Below are positions 1-11,590 of a DNA stretch of 64,000 bases, one piece after another. A program made the position numbers and the translations under genes. The notes beneath the pieces are model-generated. The model did not search any database and was not told the origin of the DNA. It saw nothing but the letters and a program-made list of their open reading frames with translations. This stretch comes from Lama guanicoe (lineage: Eukaryota). The stretch covers positions 3,073,822 to 3,137,821 of the forward strand of contig MU053472.1 of NCBI GenBank assembly GCA_013239625.1. The letters are read 5' to 3'. The first letter of the stretch is position 1. Each line of letters begins with the position of its first letter.

Positions 1-779
1 TTGCCTTTCAAGAAAAAAAAAAAAAAGGAAGAAAAGAGAATTGACCAAAAGAATGCATAAGACCCCAGAACAATCACTTAGGTGTTCTATTGCCTGAGGA
101 CTTGGAAATCACCCAAGCCTGGTCTGGTCCCACCTCTGTGGGCCACCCTGAGAGCTGGGGGCCGAAACTCTCACGTCATGTATTTGCTGGAGCTTAGGAC
201 CTGATGTCTGGGGCCCCAGGATCTCTTTCAGGTTCGGAAAGTGGCCCACATGACAAGGAAGGAAAGTCACTTCTTTCTTTTCTGTGAAGAGATATTTTAT
301 AGATGCCTAAGTATGTAGATTATGACACCTGTGTAACTCTAACGAGAGATACACACGTGGATAGTTCCTAGGAAACGTGCAAAACAGCAGAGAAAAATAC
401 CAGACCAATGACATCATTCAATTGTTCTATGACCTGAAAGTGCCCAGGCCACCCAGAGCTGAGCCCAATAGGTGCTTAGTAGTTATTTTTAGGTAGGAAG
501 GGGGAAAAAAAATCTCCCACATCCTAACTTCATCTGAACCCCCTTCTTCAGAGATCTGGGAACCAAAATGAATCTACTTTGAGGAAACATACCCAGGCAT
601 GCCTAACCAACTGAAAGGAAGGGGAGAAGATGACAACATACCACTGCCTCACTTCTCAGCACCTCCCAGCAACACGCACACACAGACCTTTATCACCTTG
701 TCCTCCGTGCGGGTACTGGTGTAGCTACGGAGCGGGGATGGCTGGGTCAAGGTAGAAGCAGCAGAGAAGATCGGATGTG

Positions 780-1000
780 CTTTGGGCACAAAGCCTGGCT
801 TTTCCTCTAGCCTCAGACAGACCTAGTTTTGACTCCTAACTTTGTCACCTACCGTGTGACCAAGTCACTTTACTTTTTTGAATCTCACTTTTTTCCCTCT
901 GGGAAGAGAGGTGATAGTACCCACCTGCGGGTTGGTGCAGACGAAATGTCACAACATCTGTAGAGCGTGTGTTCAGTGCCTGGTACAGAGTAAGGGATGC
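780..1000 (+). mobile_element. MIR
   Basis: cagacagacctag...gtgtgaccaagtcacttta...cagtgcctggtacagagtaag. Confidence 0.65.
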
Positions 1001-2404
1001 TCTGAACCCAGTATCCAGGAGCAGTTGTAGCTTTCCTGTGATACGCCGTGGGCCAGATTTTGGACTCTAGCTGGCTTCCAGCTGCCAGATGACGGCAAGT
1101 CTACCAAACGGCTAAGACTTAACTCCCTGCAAAAGGCATTGCATTACAGAAATGATTGAAAACTTTCTCCCACATTCTTATGCCCTTCTGCACACGCCCT
1201 TCATTCTCTGTGGCCCTTCACCTCTCTGCTGGCATCTTTCTGTAACACCCACTTCCCCAAGCCTTATCAAGAAGCTAGAAATAGAATCTCCCTACTCGGC
1301 CGTCTCTGCCAATGGAGAGCTCTGGGCAGCTGACTTCCCACTTGAAGGAGGCCACAGAGAGGTAGCCCAGCACCTTTCCAAGTCGCACTGACTGATGACA
1401 TTGAGAGGGAAGAGCTGCTGCTCTGCTGAGTCATAGCTATTTAAGCTATTTGTCCTCAGGGCTCTGAGACTCCCTAAGGACCTGGGAAAGACGGCTGCAT
1501 ATCCCTTGGAGCAGGACTTCTTTGGGTTTCTATTTGCAAAGTTAAGAAATCCAGATTGCGCTGACTCCGGCCCTGGACCGAGAAGAGCTCAGGTCTCCCC
1601 GCCCCCCTCTATCTCACTGACCTCTGGCTGAGGATTGTAGGCCAAGGTGGCCAGGATCTCCCCTCCAGTCTAAGTCAGCTTCCCCCTGAATCAGCTTTCT
1701 TCACCTCCCTATTAATAGCCACTGCTTTGGCTGGCTCCACGCATGGTATGATTACAGTTTAATAATATGTCACAAATAAGGAAGCAGGGAACTTCCTGGA
1801 GCTGGGCTGCTGAGGCCAGGAGAGCTCACGTTCCCCCCCAGAAGGCAGAGGTGGGGGCTTGTTTTCTGCAGAAGGAGCAGCTGGCTAGAGATTGGCCTCT
1901 GAGACAAGGCACTGCTTTGCAGTTTCTGTCTTACTGGGATGCCTTTGGTTTAGGGCAGGAGACAAGCCTGCAGGTGAACTTCCATTTTACTAAAGCCTTT
2001 ATTCCCACAGATATTCCTGGGTAGCACTGAAAAAGTGTGGTTTTCATCCAATGATGCAGTTCCTTCAGCTACCCTGGTTGGAAGTTCTGGGCCAAGCTAG
2101 GGTTAGTCCCTCCCAAGGTCACCTTTTCTCTGACACTACAGCAGCAAGGTGGCCTAGTTAGAGAGGCTTGGATTCTCTGGATGCGACAGGATGCCAAGAG
2201 CAGACTGAACCCTGGCAAAAAAAAAAAAAAAAAATTTGTTTTCATGCCATTCTCCACCCCCTCCTCTGTCTCTCCCTAGTAAAAGCAGACATGCTGAACA
2301 ATCTTTGGTATTAAATTCATACTGACAAGCAATGGATTCGGGTTGCCCTATATTCTGTTCCAGCATTCTTGTTCTTTGTTAGCCTTAGAGAGGGAAGAAG
2401 ACAC

Positions 2405-2620
2405 AAATTTAGGAGCCAGGCACTGAGTTCAAATTCTGCTTAATCTCTCAGTTGAGAGGGTTTAGTAAGTTTATTCAATTTTCCTGAATCTCCATCTTCT
2501 CATGTGTATATAAAAGGAATAATAATCTATCCTGAAATGGGTTTAAACAAGTAAAATGAAACAACTTTGGCAAAAATCCTGGTACAGTACCTGGAATATA
2601 GTAGGTGATCAATAAACAGT
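2405..2620 (+). mobile_element. MIR
   Basis: ggagccaggcactgagttcaaattc...cagtacctggaatatagtaggtgatcaataaa. Confidence 0.65.
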
Positions 2621-2944
2621 CTTAATTTTCTTTCCAGAAAATAAAAAGTCAGGAAAATATGAGGTCAAACAAGGATGTCCAGGCACCTCACACTCGTGGG
2701 GGAAAATGGGCAGCATCTCTTAATGTGCAGACCCATGACAGATACATCTCTGACACGAAAGCTTGCAAGAACTAGCAGAACCTCGTTTCCTTTCTCTGGA
2801 TTCGTACCATTTAGAGTCCCAAAGAGAGGCCCAATCTAGACTGTGATGCGTCTTGCTGAGGCCATAGTGAGGAGTCTCCTGGCTCCATTTATCTTCCCTA
2901 ATGACATTTATTGGAGGTCTCAGAGTTGATAAGCAAAGGATGGC

Positions 2945-3078
2945 GGGGAGGGTAGAGCTCGGTGGTAGAGTGTGTGCTTGGCATGCATGAGGTCCTGGGT
3001 TCAATCCCCAGTACTGCCATTAAATAAATAAATAAATACATACTACCCCCCCACCCCCAAATATTGTGTATTAAAAAA
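2945..3078 (+). mobile_element. tRNA-derived SINE (camelid Vic-type)
   Basis: A box (agagctcggtggtagag), B box (ggttcaatccc), taaa repeats, C-run, A tail; TSD aaaggatgg at 2935-2943 and 3079-3087. Confidence 0.88.
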
Positions 3079-4614
3079 AAAGGATGGTATGAGGAAGAAC
3101 GGGTAAGGCAAAGTGTAGGGACTGTATGCTTAGCTACATTTAAAGGTCCCCATTCAAAGAACCAGGTCAACCAGACCTCCAGGGTGAACCCTGCTATCAG
3201 CAAGGCCAAAGGAGAAACAAAATGTCACGTCTGCTGAGAAATGGTCTGCCCTCAAACACCTGCTTATTAGATGGCAAGTAATGGTCTCCTTAACCCAGTA
3301 CCAGCTGGCTTCCCTCAGCGACTACTTCAAGTCTGGGAAGGTGGCAGACTTTGTTCTTGCTGCAGCTCGCTCCCTTCTCGCTTGCCAACAGCCGGCATAT
3401 ATCTGATGGGAGGCAGCCAGGGCTCCCAGCAGCACAAAGTGGGGCAAGCCGCAGCATGACCTGCCCCCAGCTGGGCACTGAGTGGGGGCTGGGGTGGGGA
3501 GGAGCGACAGGCTGAGTGGACTTGGGCTCACTTCCATAAAAGCAGCCCAGAATCCCCTCCGCCTCAGTAGCCAAAGGAGCAGGACTGCCCCGATACCTCT
3601 TGGTGTCCCCTTGGGACCTACCCTTGGTATTAACTCTCACATGATTTTCTTATATGCAGATGGTGAGGGGGATGAGCACACTGTCATTTATTTACATGCC
3701 ATGGAGATCACCCACCCAGACACCGATCACTCCTTCAGTCACTAAACGAATAGTTTTTGAACACTGACCTCACACTAGCGCTGTTTGAGGTTCTGAACAG
3801 ACATTGGTGAATAAAACAAAGATGGTCTCTGCCCTTGGAGGGGGGGAGCCAGACAATGAGTGTGAAAGTAAATGAATATGTATTTCAAATGGTGAGACAT
3901 GCCTAGTGAGAGAAGAGCTTGGTACAGTTACAGAATGATGGCAGTGGTGAGGGTGTCTGATTTCATAGTCAGGAGAGGCCATTCTGAAGAGGTGACAGTT
4001 AAGCACCCGACTGATGGAATATTGGTGGCAGTTGGCCATGAAGGTACCCCCTCACTGCTCAGCTAAGTTCCCTTCTCTCTTAATGAAAGACTCTAAGAAG
4101 AATGAAAGGATCCCTCAGCCAGGGATGCAGTGAAGAACATTCTGGGAGAACGAATGCGGCCACCAAACCCTTCTTCCAAGTCTCCTGCTGTCCTGCCGTG
4201 TGCACATTTACTTCTCTCCCCTTTCTCCCGCACCCCCAGCACTCATCTGCCCTCTGCCCAGGGCCTTTCTGCTACATTTGTTTCCCTGCCAACTCTTCCT
4301 TGTTCCTGTTACCTGGCAGGTTCTCATCACTGGGAGGGCATTGCCCCTCACCGGCTCAGCCCAGAGGAGCCCATCATGTCTTTGAAAACAGTTTTCTCCA
4401 AGGTCCCCACAGTCCTGCCTATGGATCTCCAGAAGCCAAAAAGCTGTGACCCGCAAAAGATAAAACTCATCATTCCTGCTGGACCCGCAGGCTAATCAGA
4501 GTCTTCGCTCTCTCACTCTCTCTCTCAGGATTGTTCTCCTCAGTTAGTGTTGGCTAAGTTGACATCAATGCCATCTACCACCTGCATGAAGGTTGTCCCT
4601 CAAGACTGTTGGGG

Positions 4615-4820
4615 AACCAGCCCAGACATCGGAGCCAGACAGCTGTGGATTTGAATCCCAGCTCCCCACTGTAACAAGCTTAGTGGCCTTGGGCAGGTCA
4701 GGAGCTTCCTCTGGGCTCAGGTTCCTTACATGCAAGAGGAGTAGAATGCGGTCTCTGCAGAGTGGATGTAAGAATTAGCCAAGAGGGATGCAAAGTGGAT
4801 GGAACGTAGTAGGTGCCGTT
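4615..4820 (+). mobile_element. MIR
   Basis: ggagccagacagctgtggatttgaatcccagctc...ccttgggcagg. Confidence 0.65.
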
Positions 4821-4963
4821 GTTTCTGTACCAGCTATAAACACCCTGAGCAGAGCTCTGGCAGTGCCTCTTTTAGGACGGTGATTGATTGCTCTTTTAAG
4901 AATGGTGGCCAGGTCTCTATTTCACCAACCATTTGGCCACAGTAGCTCTTCAATCTGAGTATC

Positions 4964-4966
<3 letters not shown>

Positions 4967-4997
<31 letters not shown>
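4967..4997. repeat. Poly(A)31 tract
   Basis: Read directly from the sequence. Confidence 0.9.
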
Positions 4998-4998
<1 letters not shown>

Positions 4999-5204
4999 AG
5001 GTGAAAAGAGGACATTTCAGGACATGGTAAAGGGCATGGATCCCAGAATCTTGGATTGGAAGGAATCTTGAGAAAATTCGAGTCCAAGTTCTTGCCATCA
5101 GGCAGGATTGAATTTAAATTTCAGACAGATGGAAGTCTTTTCCAATACATAGTTGAGCAGGCATCACCACGCTGCCCCAGCAGAACTGTTCTGTGATCAC
5201 ACAC

Positions 5205-6115
5205 ACTTTATTACTCACTCACTTCTTCAATCAGTAATTCACAAGATGTTTACGGAGCAGTTACTATGTGCCGAGTACTATTCAAGTCACGTGGGATATG
5301 GGGGCAGGAAGACAAATTCTAGCCCTCATGGAGACCAGATATCTGTAGAGATTTAAAAAGAAAGAGAGACAGAATGGAAGGAAGGGAGGGGAAAAGGAGT
5401 TAGAGAAAAAAAGAACAAGAAGTGATACGAAGGAAATAAAACAAGGTAAGAGGATGGAGCGATGGGGTGAGGGTGATGAAGTGGGGCGGTCAGAGGAGAC
5501 GCCACGTGAGCAGGGACCTGACCAGTGAGGAGGAGGCGGGCACAGCAGGATAAGGGATCTTCGTGTGGCTGTGGTTAGACTGCAGGTGCAAGAGCATGTA
5601 GGGCCTTGAAGATTGAATGTCATTCTAATTACAGGGTTTTAAGCAGAGGTCTGGCCTGATTAATGTTTTGAAAAGCTCCCTGTGGCTATTCTTGGAAATG
5701 AGCTACAAGGTGCATGGGTGACAGTAAGGAGACCAGGTAAGGAGGTTGTTGCCGAGTCCAGATAAGGGGAGATGGTGAAAACTGGCCAGATTTGAGATAT
5801 ACATTTTGAGGGTAGAGCTAACAGGACTTACCCGTAGGTTAGATATGGGGGCTGGGGAGTGGGGTGGCAGAAAAAGAGAAGTCAGAGGGGAGGGTAGAGC
5901 TCAGTGGCAGAGCACTTGCTCGGCATGCACAAGGTCCTGGGTTCGATCCCTGGTACCTCCATCTAAATAAACCTAATTACCGCCCCCCCCCGCCAAAGTG
6001 AAATAAAAAGTTTTTTTTTAAAAGAGAGAGAGAATTCAAAGATGACTGCTAGATTTTGAACCTAATAAACTGGTAGAATAGTAGTGCTGTTTAATAAGAT
6101 GGGATTGTTTCGGAG
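5205..6115 (-). mobile_element. L2 fragments (interrupted by a SINE)
   Basis: ttactcactcac...tgtttacggagcagttactatgtgcc; gggttttaagcagagg; ttttgagggtagagctaacaggactt; tcaaagatgactgctagattttg. Confidence 0.65.
5887..6028 (+). mobile_element. tRNA-derived SINE (Vic-type) inserted into L2
   Basis: A/B boxes (agctcagtggcagag; ggttcgatccc), aacctaattac-C-run; degenerate TSD agagaagtcaga/agagaattcaaa. Confidence 0.87.
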
Positions 6116-7559
6116 AAATTATGTATTCCATGTCTTTCTCATTGCCTAGACTATATGTTCCTGAAGGCAGGGCCCCTAACTCTCTCATTCACTGCTGTGT
6201 ACTCCGTGTCCTGGCACAATGGCTGGTTTGCAGAATGACAAAGCAACCACCTGCCAATGATTGAGTGTGTAGCCCGTGCCCAGCCCTGGAGTCATTTTCA
6301 TTTAATCTGCACAAGAGAAATGTGAGGAGATACTTGTGTGAATCCTCATTTCACAAACAAGGAGTAGGGTTCAGAGAGGTTAATTGACAGCCTCAAGGTC
6401 TCCCAGGTGTTACACGGTGAAGCTTAATAATGGTGTGTGCGGCTGCAAACTCTAGGCTCTTCGCCGGTGTACCACACAGTCAGTCTTGGATGGGTAGGTG
6501 GATGGGTGGACAGATGCATCAAAGGATGGATGAATGGATAGATGGGAAGAAGTTAGCATCACATGCTGAAAATCATCTGTACCAAAGGGTCTCCCTGAGA
6601 GTAAAAGAAACTCAAACCGAAAGGAACTACCCCTGAAAGGCAAAAATAGAGGCACCAAGTACAAATTCCCACTAGAGTTATTTCCAAGAATTCAGAGGAG
6701 GTAGAATTCAGTCTCTAGGGGGAAACCATAGAAAGTTCTAAAAACCTTTGTCACATTAAAAAAGAAAACTTCGAAATCTGAAGAAATGATCTTTTCAGGG
6801 AGCATTTCCTAGTACTTTTTTCGGTGATCTGGGATTACTTTAAGAGCATTAGGATCACATGAAATATTTTTGATATTTGAAAAATATCTTCTGAGAACAA
6901 AGGCAGAAAAATACTGCTTATGAGCCAGGCAGCCCAGAACCTGGAGCTACTCAGGAGTGCCACTGATTACTTCCACGGCTCAATAAGTATATCAGATCTT
7001 AGCTATGGCCCATTCGAACCCAGTTTCCCAGTGTTCCTGGTAGGTGCTCTGCTAGACTACGACCTTCTCCCAGAGGGTAGCCTGCACCTAGTTCATGTCG
7101 ACCTGGTGACCACGGTCAGGAAAGTGGGGCCCAGCCTCGATCCCTCCCCTTCTCTCGCTAAAATGACGTAAACACAAAACCTGTTGAGCACTTACTATGC
7201 CAGACGCTGTTCCCAACGCATGGCTCTCTTTTGATGTTTGCTGTGAGCGCTATGCTGGAGATGAGGACACTGAGGCCGCTGACTGGCCAAGTCACACTGC
7301 CAGGAAGAGTATGGAACCAGTGCCGTCTGGAGCCATAGCCTGGACAGCTAAACACCACATGACCTTGTGGTGAAACAATCCTCCATCCCGTGGACTCCGC
7401 CGTCTTAATCGTACCCTCAGGTGTCTCTTCCTCCCCATCCCCGTGGGCACTGCCCTGGTTAGGCATTTTATCTTTTCTCATCTGTGAAGTTGCCCCATCC
7501 TCCTAAATTACCTCCCTGCCTCCCTGTTACCTCCCATCCAGCCCTCCTGCCTCTCTCTT

Positions 7560-8160
7560 ATCCTTCCTTCCATAACTGACCAAGCTGGGATCTGACACCT
7601 GTCGGACCAGGTCATGCTTCTGCTCAAAATCCTTTATTGGTTTCTTGTTGCCTGTGAGTTAAAAACCCTTATAAGGCCCTTCAAATACCTGGTGCCAGCC
7701 TCATCCTTCTCTCCTGCTGTTTCCCTTGAAACCCGTGTTCCAGGCGGACCAAACACGCGCTCTCAGGTATGAACGCTATGCTTCTTCCTTTTCTCGTCTG
7801 TGCAACACCCCCCCACCCCATGTGCACGGGCACCTGTGCACACGCACACACGCACACTCCTTGTCTATTCCGTGATTCCTCTTTATTCTCTGAGACTCAG
7901 TTGCTAAGATGCCTTCTCCGTGAAGCCTTTCCTCACTCTCAATCCCATAGAGGCACCGCTTCCCTCTCTTTGGCATTGTGCCTTCATAGCGCTGATACAA
8001 CACGTAGTTTTTTTTATTGTAATTTTCTGTTTACAAACTGTTTCTTTCTAAGATTGTAAGGTCCATGAGGGTGGGGAACTGTGGTTATCTTGTTACTATT
8101 GTGTATCCCCAGCATCTGTGCATATTTATAAATCTTTGTTAAATGAGTAAAGGAATGACT
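7560..8160 (+). mobile_element. L2 3' portion
   Basis: ctgctcaaaatcctt...; agattgtaaggtccatgaggg...gtatccccagcatct...tttgttaaatgagtaa. Confidence 0.65.
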
Positions 8161-8289
8161 TGTTGAAATTAATTGATTTTCGAAGTAGATTTCAAAATCT
8201 GGGCAACATTTGGTTCTCACTTTCCCATTGTTAGACTTCTCTACCTGGGGATTCCTGCTGCCGAGGGGCTCTGGTTGAGACTGAATGTC

Positions 8290-8532
8290 ATAGTGGCTAA
8301 CAAAGAGGACTCACATTACCTGGTTTTAAAACCTGGGACTACCATCTGCTAGCTACAGGTGGGCTCTTAAGGAAGTTACCCTCTCACTCAGCCTCAGTTT
8401 TCTCTACTATAAAACTGAGTTAATAATAGGACCTATCACAGGGCTAATGTGAGGGCTAATAAAAAAAAGACCATGTGGAGCATTTGGTGGCTGGCACAGA
8501 GCTAGTGCTCAATACGTATGTGCTATTATTAG
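8290..8532 (+). mobile_element. MIR
   Basis: gcctcagttttctctactataaaactgag...acctatcacagggcta...ctggcacagagctagtgctcaata. Confidence 0.7.
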
Positions 8533-9550
8533 TAGCTATTTTCCTGACAGCTTTGCTTGACCCCATTGTGTCACCATCACTTTTTGAACCAAATGTCTGG
8601 AGTCTGGTTCTCAAACACGAAGGCTCAATTTCAGCACACTCTCCATTCGCCAAAGTATTGGGCCATGCCTTGGGGAATACAGAAGCAGCTGACAGCTGAA
8701 GGCAGGAGTCGCCTTTTGCTTGTAAGTCATGATTTATTGCTTAGAAACCGAAAGTAAGCCTTGCTAACCAGTCAGCAGATTACCTGAATTCAAAGTTCCC
8801 GTCCCTCTGCCCCCTGGCTCTCCCTTGCATTTGGTAAAAGAGAGGTGATTGGTAGAGGCAGTTTTGGATACGAGCAGCAATTTCTCCTTGGAGGAAAGAA
8901 AGTGGGACACAGAATGTCAGGGCTGGCTGTAGGGTGCTTTTTTCCTTCTGCAGGCTGCACAGAGGTGTACAAAGTGACCTTAGGTAAACAAAATCCCCAG
9001 TGTGGGTCCCAAACCCAGCTGGAGGAAATGCCCTCCTTTCAATTTTCATACATGAGGGGGTTGCAGTCTCTGTTTCAGACCTGAGTCTTCTAGATCTCTA
9101 TTCAAGCAGCCTCTTTTATTAGAGGTCATGACAGTCTCAATGGAACCTCAAACTAAATGGCCAAGACATAAATTGCAAGATTATCCCACAAATGTGTCTG
9201 CCAATGAAGTGAATGAGAAGCGACAAGGAAAAGAACAAGATGATTGCTCAAAAGAATTCAAAGACTCTTCATGTCAAATCACTTTCTAAAGAACTAAAAA
9301 AAAAAAAACAACATAATTTTGGGTCAAGGGTGAGGACTTGCTTTGAATGTACAACCTTTTATAATCATGTTACATGTGGCTATTTTAGCAATGCTATTGT
9401 CCCAACTATCTTTCTGGGAGAGCTGGCATTTCTGGTTTAAAGGAGCCTAGGTTGGAAAACAGGAGTTAACAAAAAGTGATAGGTTTTATCATCTATGCAG
9501 AGAGCAGAAGTGGATTTTTCCAAATGGATTAACAGAAAATTTGGCCAGGA

Positions 9551-9662
9551 GGGGAGGGTATAGCTCAGTGGTAGAAAGCATGCTTAGCATGCAGGAGGAG
9601 GTCCTGGGTTCAATCCCTAGTACCTCCATTAAAAAAAGAAAAGAAAAAGAAAAAGAAAAAAG
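9551..9662 (+). mobile_element. tRNA-derived SINE (Vic-type, short form)
   Basis: ggggagggtatagctcagtggtaga...ggttcaatccctagtacctccatt followed by an (aaaag)n tail. Confidence 0.87.
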
Positions 9663-9904
9663 AAATCAGGCTGGAAAGATTATGAGATCCCATACCTGGG
9701 TCCCTCTTCCCAACACCTGCTCTCTCTCTTCTTTATTTTTTCATTCTTGCCTTTATGTTTTCTTATGAAGCAAAATATGTTTTTGTTTATTATGTGAAGT
9801 TACTCTTCAATTTCCTCTTGGTTTTACTTTATTTGGTCAGATAGGATTTTCTGCACATTCATCCCAAGGGAGAAATGTGGCAGGAGAAATAAGGAAGAAA
9901 ATAA

Positions 9905-10530
9905 AGAGTATCTACACCTATCAGAATGACTAAACTGAAAAATAAACAGACAGACAATTTCAAGTGCTGGCAAGAACTCTCATGCACCGCTGCTGGGAAT
10001 GCAAGATGGCACAACTGCTTTGGAAAAAGTTTGTTAGTTTCTCCTAAATTTAAACATCCACTTGCATATGATCCAGCAATCTCATTTCTAAGAATCTACC
10101 CAAGAGAAGTGAAAAAGTATACAAAATACATACAAGAGCCTGTCCACAAATGTTAATAGCAGCTTTTTCATAATATCCAGCAACTGGAAACAAAACAAAT
10201 GTTCATCACCTGGTGGGTAATAAATAAATAAAAAGGAATGACCTACTGAGCAATGTAACAACATGAATGAACCTCTAAAGAATTATGTTAAGGCATTACA
10301 AAAGAATCCAGATTCAGAAGGCTACATACATATTGTATGGTATTCTGGAAAAGGCAAAACTACAGAATAGAAGTCAGATCAGTGGTAGTCAGGAGCTGGC
10401 GATGCAAGAAGTGTGTTCATTATAAAAGGGACATGAAGGAACTTTTTGAGGTGATGGAAAGAGTCTATCCCTTGATTGCGGTGATGATTAGTTACATGAC
10501 TGTACACATTTGGCAAAACTCATAGAACAA
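9905..10530 (+). mobile_element. Old L1 (L1M-type) ORF2 end / 3'UTR fragment
   Basis: Degenerate ORF2 motifs (AAGNARWHNCFGK, LAYDPAISFLRIYPRE) and typical 3'UTR aaaggcaaaactacaga...atcagtggt. Confidence 0.8.
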
Positions 10531-11430
10531 TATAGCTCCCTAGACCTGAAGAGAGTAGGGAAGAGAGAGGAAGAGGAAATGATCAGAGAGAATAGTGGGG
10601 CCTGGAGATGCAAAGGCTGAACATAAAGGGACCCACAGGAAGGATTAGGGCGCATGTTCACCACTTCCCAGCCTGTGATCGAGTGATGGACAACCTTGCA
10701 TTGCCTGTGTCCAGGCCATACTGGTGAGGACTTTCCTTGGGCAGCAGATAGCACATCACCCTCTGACCAGCCAGCTAAAATGACTCAACTTTGATTCCCT
10801 AAGAGTTTGCTCAGCTCTTTGTCCAACATACACCAGGAGGAGACATCCTCCTCCTTGCTGTTACGGGAGTGACTGCCAGCTACCCGACACTCCCCGCACT
10901 TGAACTTGGTTAGACTGAATGAAACCATTTGAGAACCTTCACTCCCACCAGGAGATGTCCCACGTTAGTTACCTTTCCCGTCTTCTGAACTTCTCTCTTG
11001 TACCTTGTTTCCAATGGAATGAAGGTAAAAGCCAAAGCAATCTGCACCCCCACCCGCCCATATATTTGATGAATATCACTAATTTCCTTTTGCATTGGGG
11101 TCAAAAAGAATTCTTTTGTTGGAAGACCATCAGTTCAACAGCTTTTCACTGGCCAGCTCTAGAGTCTGGGTCCCTGCCCAGGAGGAAGTCTTAGGGAAGG
11201 AGATGGACAATCAACCTGGTAAAGACCTCCACAGAGGACTGGGTCAAGTGCTACAAGGACCCAGTGGAAGACGGGCAGCAAGGGGCCCCTGGGAACCCTT
11301 TCTAGAACCTTGCTTTCTAGTCCAAACCAGGAATTCCTGTCTAACTCTGACCTTTTCTTCAGTGGGCAGCCTTCACTCCCCCTTGTTAAACAAGCATTCC
11401 CTGAAGAGACTGAGAAAGCTCCTTGGGGGT

Positions 11431-11590
11431 GGGGAAGGTGTAGCTCAAGGGGTAGAGCACATGCTTAGCATGCATCAGAGGTCCTGGGTTTAATCCCTAG
11501 TACCTTCTCTAAAAATAAATAAATAAACCGAATTACTGCCCCCCGGCCCTACCCCCTCACCCTCTGCCAAAAAAAGAAAAAAAAAGAAAG
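11431..11590 (+). mobile_element. tRNA-derived SINE (Vic-type)
   Basis: A/B boxes, taaa repeats, C-rich segment, A tail; degenerate TSD gaaagctccttgggg/gaaaactccctgagg. Confidence 0.85.

Noticed and set aside
9551..9630. tRNA-like sequences (also at 2945, 5887, 11431, 60952) as tRNA genes
   Set aside because: They have A-rich tails, TSD-like flanks in most copies and degenerate stems, so they are tRNA-derived SINE copies rather than tRNAs.
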